This document shows positions 1-9,042 of a stretch of 64,000 nucleotides of DNA, one piece after another. How positions within the stretch are numbered: the stretch's first letter is position 1; each line of letters opens with the position of its first letter. The stretch lies in the NCBI GenBank assembly GCA_963828735.1, contig CAWHFW010000002.1, forward strand, positions 576,001 to 640,000, read 5' to 3'. This stretch comes from an uncultured Gemmatimonadales bacterium (GTDB lineage: Bacteria; Gemmatimonadota; Gemmatimonadetes; Gemmatimonadales; GWC2-71-9). The notes beneath the pieces are model-generated. The model did no database searches. It worked only from the letters and a program-made list of their open reading frames with translations, and was not told where the DNA came from. Position numbers and translations under genes: made by a program.

Positions 1-2
1 AC

Positions 3-1811
3 GGCGTCAACATTTTCCTTGCCGAGTCCTCGGCCACCACGGGCGGCCTCGACAGCCTGCTCGAGCCGACCGGGAACATCAAGAAGGCCCAGGAAAAGGC
101 TGCGCGGTGCTGGGGGGCAAAGAAGGCGTTCTTCGGCACCAACGGCACCTCGACCTCGAACAAGATCGTGGTGCAGGGCCTGCTCCGGCCCGGCGACATC
201 GTCCTGATCGACCGCAACTGCCACAAGTCGCACCACTACGGGCTCGTGCTCGCGGGCGGCCAGCCGTACTACCTCGAGGCCTTCCCGTTGCACGAGTTCT
301 CCATGTACGGGGGCGTGCCGCTTCGCACGATCAAGAAGGCCCTCCTCGATCTCAAGGCCGAAGGCAAGCTCGACCGGGTGCGGATGCTGGACCTGACGAA
401 CTGCACGTTCGACGGGCACGTCTACAACGTGAAGCGCGTGATGGAGGAGTGTCTGGCCATCAAGCCGGACCTCATCTTCCTGTGGGACGAGGCCTGGTTC
501 AGCTTCGCGCGGTTCTCCCCGTACCATCGGCGCCGGACCGGGATGGCGGCCGCCGCGGAGCTACGCGCGCGGTACGCCTCGCCGGCCTATCGGGCCGAAT
601 ACGAGGCGTTCAGAAAGCAGGTCGGTGAGCTCGACGGGAGTGACGCCAAGCTGCTCGACCGCCGCCTGCTCCCCGATCCCGACAAGGTGCGCATCCGGGT
701 CTACGCCACGCATTCGGTCCACAAGTCGCTCTCCTCGTTCCGACAGGGGTCCCTCATCCTGGTTAACGACGACGACTTCGACTCGGTGGAGGAGGCGTTC
801 ACGGAGGCGTTCCTGACCCACACGTCCACCTCGCCCAACCTGCAGATCATCGCCTCGCTCGACCTGGCCCGCCGGCAGGCGGAGCTGGAGGGGCACGACC
901 TCGTCACCCGGCACACCGGGCTGGCGCTCCGCCTCCGGCGCGAGGTGAACAACCACCCGCTGATCAGCAAGTATTTCCGGATCCTGACGCCCGCGGAGAT
1001 GATCCCCCCCGCCGAGCTCAGGGAGAGCGGCCTGGCGAACTACGGTCCTCCGCACTCCACCTGGAGAGAGGTCATCACCGCGTGGGACGAAGACGAGTTC
1101 ACGCTCGACCCCACCCGCCTTACGCTGATGTGCGGGACCGCCGGGTTCGACGGGACCTCGTTCAAGGGCCGGCTCGCCGAGCACTACGACATTCAGATCA
1201 ACAAGACCTCGCGCAACACGGTCCTCCTGATGACCAACATCAACAACTCCAGGAGCGACATCTCGTACGTCATCAAGGTCCTGGCGGACATGGCGCGCGA
1301 TCTCGACGCGAAGGTCGGCGCGGGTCCTGATGCCGAGACCTTCAAGGAACAGGTGAAGTCGCTGGTACAGGACGTGCCAGACCTGCCCAACTTCAGCGCC
1401 TTCCACGACGCGTTTCGCGCCGATCCCGACAGCGGGACGCTGGAGGGCGATATGCGCGAGGCGTTCTACCTCGCCTACGACGCCGGGAACTGCGAGTACC
1501 TCAAGCTCCACAGCAAGGACATCGACGACCGGCTCAAGAACGGCCCGCCGATGGTCTCGGCCAACTTCGTGATCCCGTATCCGCCGGGCTTCCCGATCCT
1601 GGTCCCCGGCCAGGTGGTCGCCGCCGACACGATCACCTACATGCGGAAGCTGGACGTCAAGGAAATTCACGGCTACAAGGCGGCGACGGGCATCAAGATG
1701 CTGAAGCCCGACCTGCTGGGCGGGCGCGCGAAGAAGGTCGGCGATGGCGCGAAGGCCGGCGCACGGGAGCCGGCGGCTGCACGCGCGGGGTCGAGCCGTA
1801 CACGTAAGTGA
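3..1811 (+). CDS. Orn/Lys/Arg decarboxylase family PLP enzyme, 5'-truncated by the window edge
   Basis: Frame is open from nt 3 (GVNIFLAESSATTGGLDSLLEPTG...TNGTSTSNKIV). Motifs DRNCHKSHH, WDEAW, PLP-lysine THSVHKS, HTSTSP and C-terminal PYPPGFPILVPG. Confidence 0.9.
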   Translation, partial: GVNIFLAESSATTGGLDSLLEPTGNIKKAQEKAARCWGAKKAFFGTNGTSTSNKIVVQGLLRPGDIVLIDRNCHKSHHYGLVLAGGQPYYLEAFPLHEFSMYGGVPLRTIKKALLDLKAEGKLDRVRMLDLTNCTFDGHVYNVKRVMEECLAIKPDLIFLWDEAWFSFARFSPYHRRRTGMAAAAELRARYASPAYRAEYEAFRKQVGELDGSDAKLLDRRLLPDPDKVRIRVYATHSVHKSLSSFRQGSLILVNDDDFDSVEEAFTEAFLTHTSTSPNLQIIASLDLARRQAELEGHDLVTRHTGLALRLRREVNNHPLISKYFRILTPAEMIPPAELRESGLANYGPPHSTWREVITAWDEDEFTLDPTRLTLMCGTAGFDGTSFKGRLAEHYDIQINKTSRNTVLLMTNINNSRSDISYVIKVLADMARDLDAKVGAGPDAETFKEQVKSLVQDVPDLPNFSAFHDAFRADPDSGTLEGDMREAFYLAYDAGNCEYLKLHSKDIDDRLKNGPPMVSANFVIPYPPGFPILVPGQVVAADTITYMRKLDVKEIHGYKAATGIKMLKPDLLGGRAKKVGDGAKAGAREPAAARAGSSRTRK

Positions 1812-1854
1812 CGCGTAAGTACCGCGCCGGAGCAGCGCCAGTGGAGATCGGCCG

Positions 1855-2997
1855 ATGAGCGAGTTCCAGATGCATGACGTCGACGAGCTGCCACTGACGG
1901 CCAACCAGGCCATCGGCGTGTTCGACTCCGGCAGTGGGGGAATGGTCACCGCGGCTTTCGTCGCCAGGATGCTGCCCGACACGGGAGCCGCGGCAAGCGT
2001 CGTGTTCTTCGGGGACACCGAGCATCTGCCGTACGGCAAGCGCACGCAACAGAACGTCGCCGAGCTGTCCGACGACATCATCGAGCGGCTGGCGCCGACC
2101 TGCCCCGTGATCGGCATTGCGTGCAACACGGCCAGCGCCGCCTGGTCGAACCTGGGCAAGGCCGGGAAGGGCGGGACCGGCCCGCAGGTGTTCAGCGTGG
2201 TCAAGGTCGCGGCGGAGCTGGGATACGAGCGGGCACGGACAGTGGTGGATCCGAGGCTCAAAGGGCGGGTCAAGGTGATCGGCGTGCTCGGGACCGAGCT
2301 CACCGCCTCGATCCAGTCGCACGCCGAGCAGATCGTCGAGCTCCATCGCGCCGCTCTCAGCCGGGCCATCGGCCACGAGCTGCCGCTGATTCCGTACGAG
2401 TTCGGCAGCCGGGGCCTGCTCCCTACCCTTCCGGCCTCGGTGATCGACTACCGGCGCACGCCGCACGTCGGCGTGCTGCGGGAGGACGAGGAGGCCCCGG
2501 GCGGCACGACCCGCGCCATGATCGTCAACTGGACCCCGCCCGAGGATCTGCCACATGCCGTCCGCATCATCGCGCGGGACGCGCAGAAACTGGTGGCGGC
2601 CGTGGACGTGGCTCACATCCTCGACCAGGACGGCCTGGTCAAGCCGGAATGGCGCAACCGGCTGGAGGAGTACCTTCACCAGGCCTCATCCGAGCTGGTG
2701 AAGCGCAAGGTCACCGCGCTGATCCTCGGCTGCACCCACTTCGAGTACTTCGAGCGCGACTTCGCGCGGCTGCTGCCGGTGCTGGCCGCGCGCAACGGCA
2801 TCGTGAGCCCCTCCGGTGCACTCGCCTGCCGGTTGCTGGACGCCTATCAGGATCACCTGGCCTCCCATCCCGTCCAGCCGGTCCGGCGGCGGGACGCCTC
2901 GTACTTCATGTTCTCCGGCGACCGGCCGCCCGACGAGGTATTCAAGTCGCTCGGACTCGACGAGGTCACGTTGGTGAAGGCACCCGCGGTCGTCTAA
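1855..2997 (+). CDS. Glutamate racemase (MurI)-like Asp/Glu racemase with a large internal insertion
   Basis: IGVFDSGSGG, FGDTEHLPYG, IACNTAS and LILGCTHF motifs, so both catalytic Cys are present. 380 aa is longer than typical MurI. Confidence 0.8.
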   Translation: MSEFQMHDVDELPLTANQAIGVFDSGSGGMVTAAFVARMLPDTGAAASVVFFGDTEHLPYGKRTQQNVAELSDDIIERLAPTCPVIGIACNTASAAWSNLGKAGKGGTGPQVFSVVKVAAELGYERARTVVDPRLKGRVKVIGVLGTELTASIQSHAEQIVELHRAALSRAIGHELPLIPYEFGSRGLLPTLPASVIDYRRTPHVGVLREDEEAPGGTTRAMIVNWTPPEDLPHAVRIIARDAQKLVAAVDVAHILDQDGLVKPEWRNRLEEYLHQASSELVKRKVTALILGCTHFEYFERDFARLLPVLAARNGIVSPSGALACRLLDAYQDHLASHPVQPVRRRDASYFMFSGDRPPDEVFKSLGLDEVTLVKAPAVV

Positions 2998-3012
2998 GGA
3001 GCGATCTTCGCC

Positions 3013-4698
3013 GTGATCGTTGAAGCCCTCCGGTCTCATCCCGAGATCGCCCTGTTCCTCTGCCTCGCCATCGGCTACGTGATCGGCAAGGTAAAGGTCG
3101 CCGGCCACGCGCTGGGGTTGGTGACCGGGTCGCTGTTTGCGGGACTCTTCATCGGACAGCTCAAGATCGACATTTCGCCGGCCGTGAAGACGGTGGCTTT
3201 CCTGCTCTTCCTGTTCGGCAACGGCTACTCGGCCGGACCCCAGTTCATGCGCGCCCTGAAGCAGGACGGCGTGCGCCCGCTGATCCTCACTCTCGTCGTG
3301 ACCGTCACCGGGCTGGCGGCAGTGTACGTCATGTCGCGGCTGCTGCACCTGGAGACCGGCTTCACGGCCGGGCTGCTTTCCGGCGCCCTCACCCAGTCGG
3401 CGGCGATGGGCACGGCCACCGAGGCCATCAACGCCCTCGCGATCCCGGCCGCGGAGAAGGTCCGGCTCGCCAACCAGGTGCCGGTGGCCGACGCGGTCTG
3501 CTACCTGTTCGGCTTCTGGGGCGAGGTGCTCTTCGTGGTGGTTGCAGGGCCCAAGCTGCTCGGCATCAACCTGGAGAAGGAGGCGAAGGCGCTGGAGGCG
3601 AAGCTCGGTGTCCGCGACGAGGCCGCCGGTGCCTCCGCTCACAGGGGCCACCTGGCGCGAGCCTACCGGGTGGAATCCGGCGAGGCGGTCGGGCGCACGA
3701 TTGCGCAGCTGGAAGCCTGGGCCGGGGAACAGACCGCGCGACGGATCTTCGCGCTGCGGCTGCGGCGGGGTGACACGATCCAATCGGCCGCGCTGGATAC
3801 CGTGCTGAACCGTAACGACGTCGTCGTGCTCGTTGGTCCCGCCGAGCCGCTCGTGGCGTTCGGTCCCCGGATCGGAATCGAGGTCGACGACGCGGCTCTC
3901 CTGGATTTCCCGGTCGAGGCGCTCGACGTCGTGCTGTCGAGTCGGGAGCTGGACGGAATGACCGTGCAGGAGGCGGCGGAACGCTGGACCGAATCCAGGG
4001 CCGTCTTCCTCCGGCGGCTCACGCGGGAAGGGCTGGAACTGCCCCTGCTCCCCGGGACCCGACTGAATCGCGGCGACGTGGCGACGCTCATCGGCCCGGA
4101 GGATGCGGTCGAGGCGCTGACAGCACAGATCGGCGACCCCGACCGGAAGACGACGACCACCGACTTCTTCACCGTCGGGCTCGGAATCGCGGTGGGGTGT
4201 CTGATCGGTCTGCCGGCGATCATGATCGGCTCCGTGAACTTGGCCCTGTCGACGTCCGTGGGCACGCTGATCGCGGGGCTGTTCTTCGGCTGGCTCCGCC
4301 CCACCCGGCCGCGGCTCTTCGGCCCGGTTCCCGAGGCCGCGCAGAAGTTCATGATCAACTTCGGGCTCGCCACCTTCGTGGCCGTGACCGGTCTGCACGC
4401 CGGGCCGGTGTTCCTGAGCGCGCTGCGGGAGGTCGGACTGGTCCTGTTCGTCGCCGGCGTGGTGTGCACGCTGATCCCACCGACCGTCGGCCTGTTGTTC
4501 GGCCGCTATGTGCTGCGCATGAACCCGGTCCTCCTGCTGGGCGCCGTGGCCGGCGCGCAGACGATGACCGCGGCGATGGTCGCGGTCCAGGAGGCCGCGA
4601 AGAGCCGGGTCCCGCTGCTGGGCTTCACCGTTCCCTATGCAGTCGCGAACATCATCCTGACACTTTGGGGATCGGTGATCGTGCTGCTGGTGAGCTGA
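3013..4698 (+). CDS. aspT: Aspartate:alanine antiporter (AAE/YidE family)
   Basis: Two hydrophobic AAE repeats flank TrkA-C-like domains. GALTQSAAMG and GAQTMTAAM motifs. Adjacent to aspD. Confidence 0.9.
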   Translation: MIVEALRSHPEIALFLCLAIGYVIGKVKVAGHALGLVTGSLFAGLFIGQLKIDISPAVKTVAFLLFLFGNGYSAGPQFMRALKQDGVRPLILTLVVTVTGLAAVYVMSRLLHLETGFTAGLLSGALTQSAAMGTATEAINALAIPAAEKVRLANQVPVADAVCYLFGFWGEVLFVVVAGPKLLGINLEKEAKALEAKLGVRDEAAGASAHRGHLARAYRVESGEAVGRTIAQLEAWAGEQTARRIFALRLRRGDTIQSAALDTVLNRNDVVVLVGPAEPLVAFGPRIGIEVDDAALLDFPVEALDVVLSSRELDGMTVQEAAERWTESRAVFLRRLTREGLELPLLPGTRLNRGDVATLIGPEDAVEALTAQIGDPDRKTTTTDFFTVGLGIAVGCLIGLPAIMIGSVNLALSTSVGTLIAGLFFGWLRPTRPRLFGPVPEAAQKFMINFGLATFVAVTGLHAGPVFLSALREVGLVLFVAGVVCTLIPPTVGLLFGRYVLRMNPVLLLGAVAGAQTMTAAMVAVQEAAKSRVPLLGFTVPYAVANIILTLWGSVIVLLVS

Positions 4699-4743
4699 GG
4701 CTCACCTGACCGCAGAACTACGCCAAACGAGGAGCTACCATCC

Positions 4744-6534
4744 ATGCCACATCCATCCAAAGGGGGGACGGCCGTCCTCGAGCGCGAGAAGCGCGCGACG
4801 CCCCCCGCCCAGGTGGCGCCCACTACGACGACGCCGCGCTCCTCGTCCCGCGGGAGCGAAACCACCCCCGAGCTGCTGGCCGCGCTTCAGAAGTACTCGA
4901 AGCTCAGTCCGTTCGAGATCAAGGACAAGCTGATCTTGCTCGCCAAGGAAAGCTCCAGGAAGTCCGCCGTGACCCTGCTGAATGCCGGTCGCGGCAATCC
5001 CAACTGGGTCGCAACCACGCCGCGCGAGGGCTTCTTCCTCCTGGGTCAGTTCGCCATCGGCGAGAGCAAGCGGGTCATGGATCTGCCCGACATCGGGGGA
5101 ATGCCCGACAAGCATGGCGTCGCGCACCGGCTCGAGGCGTTCCTGGCAGCCCACGCGGATGCGCCCGGTGCGGCGTTCCTCGGCGAGGCCGTCCGGTTCG
5201 CGATAGAAAAGTTCGCCTTCGACCCCGACGCGTTCGTGCACGAGCTCGTCGACTCGATCATCGGTGACAACTATCCCGTGCCGGACCGTATCCTGGTGCA
5301 CAACGAGCGGGTCGCCCAGGCGTACCTCGATTGGGCCATGTGCGGCGGGCGGCCGCCCAAGGGGACCTTCGACCTCTATGCGGTGGAGGGCGGCACCGCC
5401 GCCATGTGCTACATCTTCAAGTCGCTGATGCAGAACATGATCCTGCACAAGGGCGACACCATCGCGCTTGGCGCCCCGATCTTCACGCCGTATCTGGAGA
5501 TGCCGCACCTCAACGACTACGATCTGCACATTGTCCAGGTGAACGCCACCCAGGAGAATCGCCTCCAGTTCCCCGACTCGGAGCTCAAGAAGCTGGAGGA
5601 TCCCAAGATCAAGATGTTTTTCCTGGTGAATCCGGGGAACCCGTCGTCGGTCGCGGTGAGCGACGACGTGTTGAAGAAGCTCGTCACCCTGGTCAAGACC
5701 AAGCGACCGGACCTGCTCATCCTGACCGATGACGTCTACGGCACGTTCGTGCCCGGGTTCCGGTCGCTCATGGCGGACATCCCGCACAACACCATCGGGG
5801 TCTACTCGTACTCGAAGTACTTCGGCTGCACCGGCTGGCGCCTGGGGCTCATCGCACTCCACCAGGACAATCTCATCGACGAGATGATCGCCAAACTGCC
5901 ACCGAAGCAGCGGGACGTCCTCAGAAAGCGCTATTCTCCCATAACGCTCGATCCCGACAACCTCAAGTTCATCGACCGCGTGGTCGCGGACAGCCGCGAC
6001 GTGGCGCTCAACCACACCGCGGGGCTGTCGCTCCCTCAGCAGGTCCAGATGACGCTCTTCGGGCTGTTTCAGCTCATGGACGACGATCTGAGCTACCAGA
6101 AGGCCAGCGTCAAGATCGTGCGTGACCGCGCCGACGCCGCGATCAAGGGACTCGGCATCGATCTCACGCCAGGTCCGCTGTTCAGCGGCTACTATGGTAT
6201 CATCGACCTCGAATTCTGGCTCAGGAAGTATGTCGGCGAGGAGGTGCTGGACTTCATCAAGGAGAATTATCACCCGCTCGACGTCGTCTACCGGTTGGCC
6301 ACCGACCACTCGATCGTCCTGCTGAACGGCAGCGGTTTTGCCGCTCCGGACTGGTCGGTTCGGATCTCGTTCGCTAACCTGCAGGACGACGTGTATGATG
6401 ACATCGGCCGGGCCATCCGGGCCGTCGCCCGCTCGTACGTGGAGGCCTATCACTTCGCCCATCCGAACGGAGCGGGCAAGGAGAAGGGGTCGACGGGAGC
6501 TGCGGGCAAAGGAGAGCGGGCGTCTCACCGGTGA
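4744..6534 (+). CDS. aspD: Aspartate 4-decarboxylase (bifunctional aminotransferase)
   Basis: LSPFEIKDKL, LNAGRGNPNW, EGGTAAMCY, TDDVYGTF, PLP-lysine SYSKYFGCTGWRLG and NHTAGLS. GAGGAG RBS. Confidence 0.92.
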   Translation: MPHPSKGGTAVLEREKRATPPAQVAPTTTTPRSSSRGSETTPELLAALQKYSKLSPFEIKDKLILLAKESSRKSAVTLLNAGRGNPNWVATTPREGFFLLGQFAIGESKRVMDLPDIGGMPDKHGVAHRLEAFLAAHADAPGAAFLGEAVRFAIEKFAFDPDAFVHELVDSIIGDNYPVPDRILVHNERVAQAYLDWAMCGGRPPKGTFDLYAVEGGTAAMCYIFKSLMQNMILHKGDTIALGAPIFTPYLEMPHLNDYDLHIVQVNATQENRLQFPDSELKKLEDPKIKMFFLVNPGNPSSVAVSDDVLKKLVTLVKTKRPDLLILTDDVYGTFVPGFRSLMADIPHNTIGVYSYSKYFGCTGWRLGLIALHQDNLIDEMIAKLPPKQRDVLRKRYSPITLDPDNLKFIDRVVADSRDVALNHTAGLSLPQQVQMTLFGLFQLMDDDLSYQKASVKIVRDRADAAIKGLGIDLTPGPLFSGYYGIIDLEFWLRKYVGEEVLDFIKENYHPLDVVYRLATDHSIVLLNGSGFAAPDWSVRISFANLQDDVYDDIGRAIRAVARSYVEAYHFAHPNGAGKEKGSTGAAGKGERASHR

Positions 6535-6604
6535 ATGCGGTGAGCCGGCGCGTCATCGGCGCGGTCCGTCCAACACACGCGGGTGGCACTACTGTGGAGG
6601 CGAG

Positions 6605-7123
6605 ATGTGGAGAGGAAACGCTCTGATCGTACTGGCAGGGGCCCTGGCGTGTTCGGGGCGCCCTGACGCGCGGCCGGCGTCCGAAGCCGGCGCGCCGCCG
6701 GCGTCCGAAACCGGTGCGCAGCCGGCATCCGGATCCGAGGCGCAGCCGGCTGCCGGGACCAGTACCGGCAGCCTGGAAGGAAGCTGGCGAGTCGTCAGTG
6801 TTTCGGTGAGCGGAAAGCCGTCCGCGATCGACGCGTCGGGGCGGACATGGACATTCCAGGACACTACGCTGGCCACCGCCCAGAATGGCAAGATCGACCA
6901 GCGGGGAACGGTAAGCATTGACAGCACTTCCTCGCCCCCCCGCCTCGATTTCCACCTCCAGAGGGGTTCCGGGACGGGCACCCTGGTGCGCCGCCAGATC
7001 TACCGACTTGCCGACGATACCCTGACCGTGGCGTACGCGCTCGAAAACTCGAGGCAGTCCTATCCGCGCTCGCTGGACGTCACCGATGGGGTGGTGAAGC
7101 TCAAGCTGGTCAAGGGCAAGTAG
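6605..7123 (+). CDS. Lipoprotein with TIGR03067-like beta domain
   Basis: ATG at 6605 after GGAGG. Lipobox-like ALAC, PAS-repeat linker, then LEGSWRVVS...IDSTSSPPRLDF...IYRLADDTLTVAY. Confidence 0.7.
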   Translation: MWRGNALIVLAGALACSGRPDARPASEAGAPPASETGAQPASGSEAQPAAGTSTGSLEGSWRVVSVSVSGKPSAIDASGRTWTFQDTTLATAQNGKIDQRGTVSIDSTSSPPRLDFHLQRGSGTGTLVRRQIYRLADDTLTVAYALENSRQSYPRSLDVTDGVVKLKLVKGK

Positions 7124-7146
7124 CAAGTCGAGGAGTACCGCCAACG

Positions 7147-7590
7147 ATGCGGAGAGGAATCACTCTGGTCGCGCTGGGCGTGGCCCTGTCGGGCCCGGCC
7201 AGCGCCCGGCGCAGGCATCCGGGGGTGACGCCGCAAGGCCGCAGGAAACCTGGCGCATCGTCGGGACGTGGGTGGAGGGAAAGCCGTCCGCGCTCGATGC
7301 GACGGGACAGACCTGGACCTTCCAGGGACAGCACGATCGCCACCGCCGACAACCGGAAGATCGATCTGCGGGGAACCGTGAGCATCGACAGCACCTCGTC
7401 ACCGGCGCGCCTGGACTTCTTCCTCCACCGGGATTCCACGGCCGGCACCCTGGTCCGGCGCCAGATCTACCAGCTGGCCGAGGACACCCTGACCGTGGCG
7501 TACGCGCTCCAGAGTTCGTCGAAGGCGTACCCGCGATCCCTCGACGTGACGAAAGAGGTGGTGAAGCTCAAGTTGGTGAAGAACCGCTAG
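7147..7590 (+). CDS. Tandem paralog of 6605..7123 with two compensating 1-nt frameshifts (about 7206 and 7326)
   Basis: C-terminal half is near-identical to the upstream paralog. The missing middle (TWRIVGTWVEGKPSALDATGQTWTFQ) is read in another frame. Confidence 0.7.
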   Translation: MRRGITLVALGVALSGPASARRRHPGVTPQGRRKPGASSGRGWRESRPRSMRRDRPGPSRDSTIATADNRKIDLRGTVSIDSTSSPARLDFFLHRDSTAGTLVRRQIYQLAEDTLTVAYALQSSSKAYPRSLDVTKEVVKLKLVKNR

Positions 7591-7629
7591 CCGCCCCAGG
7601 CCGGGGCGGTTCGCGCTTCGAGACCACCG

Positions 7630-8292
7630 ATGCGGGCATACCGACTCCTGCCGTGGCTGATCGCCTACGCCGTGGCGATGGCTTACGTCGAAGCGGCCGT
7701 CGTGGCGTACCTGCGAGCCCTCTACTACCCACACGGCTTCGCCTTTCCGCTGGTCCTCATGCCCGCCGGGCTGGCCGCGATCGAGATCGGCCGGGAAGCG
7801 GCGACCCTGGTCATGCTGCTGGGAGTTGCCGTCATGGCAGGCGTCGAGCGCTGGGAGCGGTTCCTGGCCTTCTGCGTCGGCTTCGGCGTGTGGGATCTCT
7901 TCTACTACGTATGGCTGTGGCTCCTGCTCGGCTGGCCTCCCTCCCTGCTCACGTGGGACGTGCTGTTCCTCATTCCGGTGCCGTGGATCGGACCCGTCCT
8001 GGCGCCGGCGCTCATCAGCGTGCTCCTCGTCGCCGGAGGGATTCTCATCCTGCGAGAGGAGGCCCAGGGCAGGCCGACACGCCTCACCGCCCCGCTCTGG
8101 ACGCTGGCCCTTGCAGGCGTCCTGCTGATCCTGGGCTCCTTCATGCTGGACTTCGGCGTCGTCCTCCGGCAGATGGAGCCCCCGCCATTTCGCTGGGGAC
8201 TGTTCGGCACTGGTGCCGCGCTGGCCGTGGCTGCCCTGCTGCTCGCCTTCCGCCGGAGATCGCGAGGAGCACCCTCGAGGACCGTGCTCTAG
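7630..8292 (+). CDS. Conserved hypothetical integral membrane protein
   Basis: About 6 hydrophobic segments with EIGREAATL, WDLFYY and WDVLFLIPVPW motifs. Confidence 0.75.
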   Translation: MRAYRLLPWLIAYAVAMAYVEAAVVAYLRALYYPHGFAFPLVLMPAGLAAIEIGREAATLVMLLGVAVMAGVERWERFLAFCVGFGVWDLFYYVWLWLLLGWPPSLLTWDVLFLIPVPWIGPVLAPALISVLLVAGGILILREEAQGRPTRLTAPLWTLALAGVLLILGSFMLDFGVVLRQMEPPPFRWGLFGTGAALAVAALLLAFRRRSRGAPSRTVL

Positions 8293-8909
8293 GCCCGCGG
8301 GACGGTCGCTCGCACGCCAGCATCACCGGACGTCGCCATCTCTGTGAGGAGCTCCTTGCACCCCGCCCCCCACCGGGAGATGGACTTGATGGCCTGCGTG
8401 AAGGGCACGTTCAGCGGATGCACCCGTTCCGCCGGGAGAACGTAAACGGCCCCGGCGAGCGGCGTGGGTATCGAGGGGACGAAGACGGTGAACCGGCCGT
8501 CCTCGAACTCCTCGATGATGAATGCGGGGACGAGGGCATCCTCGATCTCGGCGAACGCCGGCTTCCACACGTTCTCCTGGCCCTGCCCCACCAGCTGCTG
8601 GGTCAGACTTCGAAGCAGCGCGTAGCCCGGAATGCGCTCGAAGAAGGATCGCTCGACTCGCTCCCGCGCCGCGCGGCCCGCTCGAGTCCGGAGGGCGGCG
8701 CCGACGAGAAAACACACCACCAGCACGAGCAGGAGCGCCAGGAGATCTTCGGCGGGCAACCAATCCGGCAGCATCGCCGCGAATGGCTTGACGAGCCCCA
8801 CGAGGGATTTCATCGCCTTCAGGACCAGCAGGATCGCGAGGTACAGTGGAGCGACGACCAGCAGACCTCCCACCAGGGAGGTAATCACAAAGTCACGGAA
8901 TCGTTTCAT
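8289..8909 (-). CDS. DUF502 family membrane protein
   Basis: ATG at 8909 with AGGAGG RBS. Two TM helices, ERIPGY and VFVPSIPTPLAG motifs. Confidence 0.75.
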   Translation of the reverse strand: MKRFRDFVITSLVGGLLVVAPLYLAILLVLKAMKSLVGLVKPFAAMLPDWLPAEDLLALLLVLVVCFLVGAALRTRAGRAARERVERSFFERIPGYALLRSLTQQLVGQGQENVWKPAFAEIEDALVPAFIIEEFEDGRFTVFVPSIPTPLAGAVYVLPAERVHPLNVPFTQAIKSISRWGAGCKELLTEMATSGDAGVRATVPRA

Positions 8910-8991
8910 AAGACCCTCCTGAGGCGTCCGAGTCACCGTCTGGTGCCCGCCGCGTCCGGCAACTTGAGCCTTCTGCAGCGCCCTGCCGCCC

Positions 8992-9007
8992 TGCACCAAG
9001 GTGCAAT
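8992..9007. promoter_or_regulatory. Palindromic operator copy 1 (TGCACCAAGGTGCAAT), between divergent genes
   Basis: Perfect TGCACC-AA-GGTGCA palindrome. -10-like CAGCGT at 9030 (+) and CAAGTT at 8961-8966 (-). Confidence 0.7.
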
Positions 9008-9042
9008 GTCCCCGTATGTCGGTTTCCGGCAGCGTTTATAGG

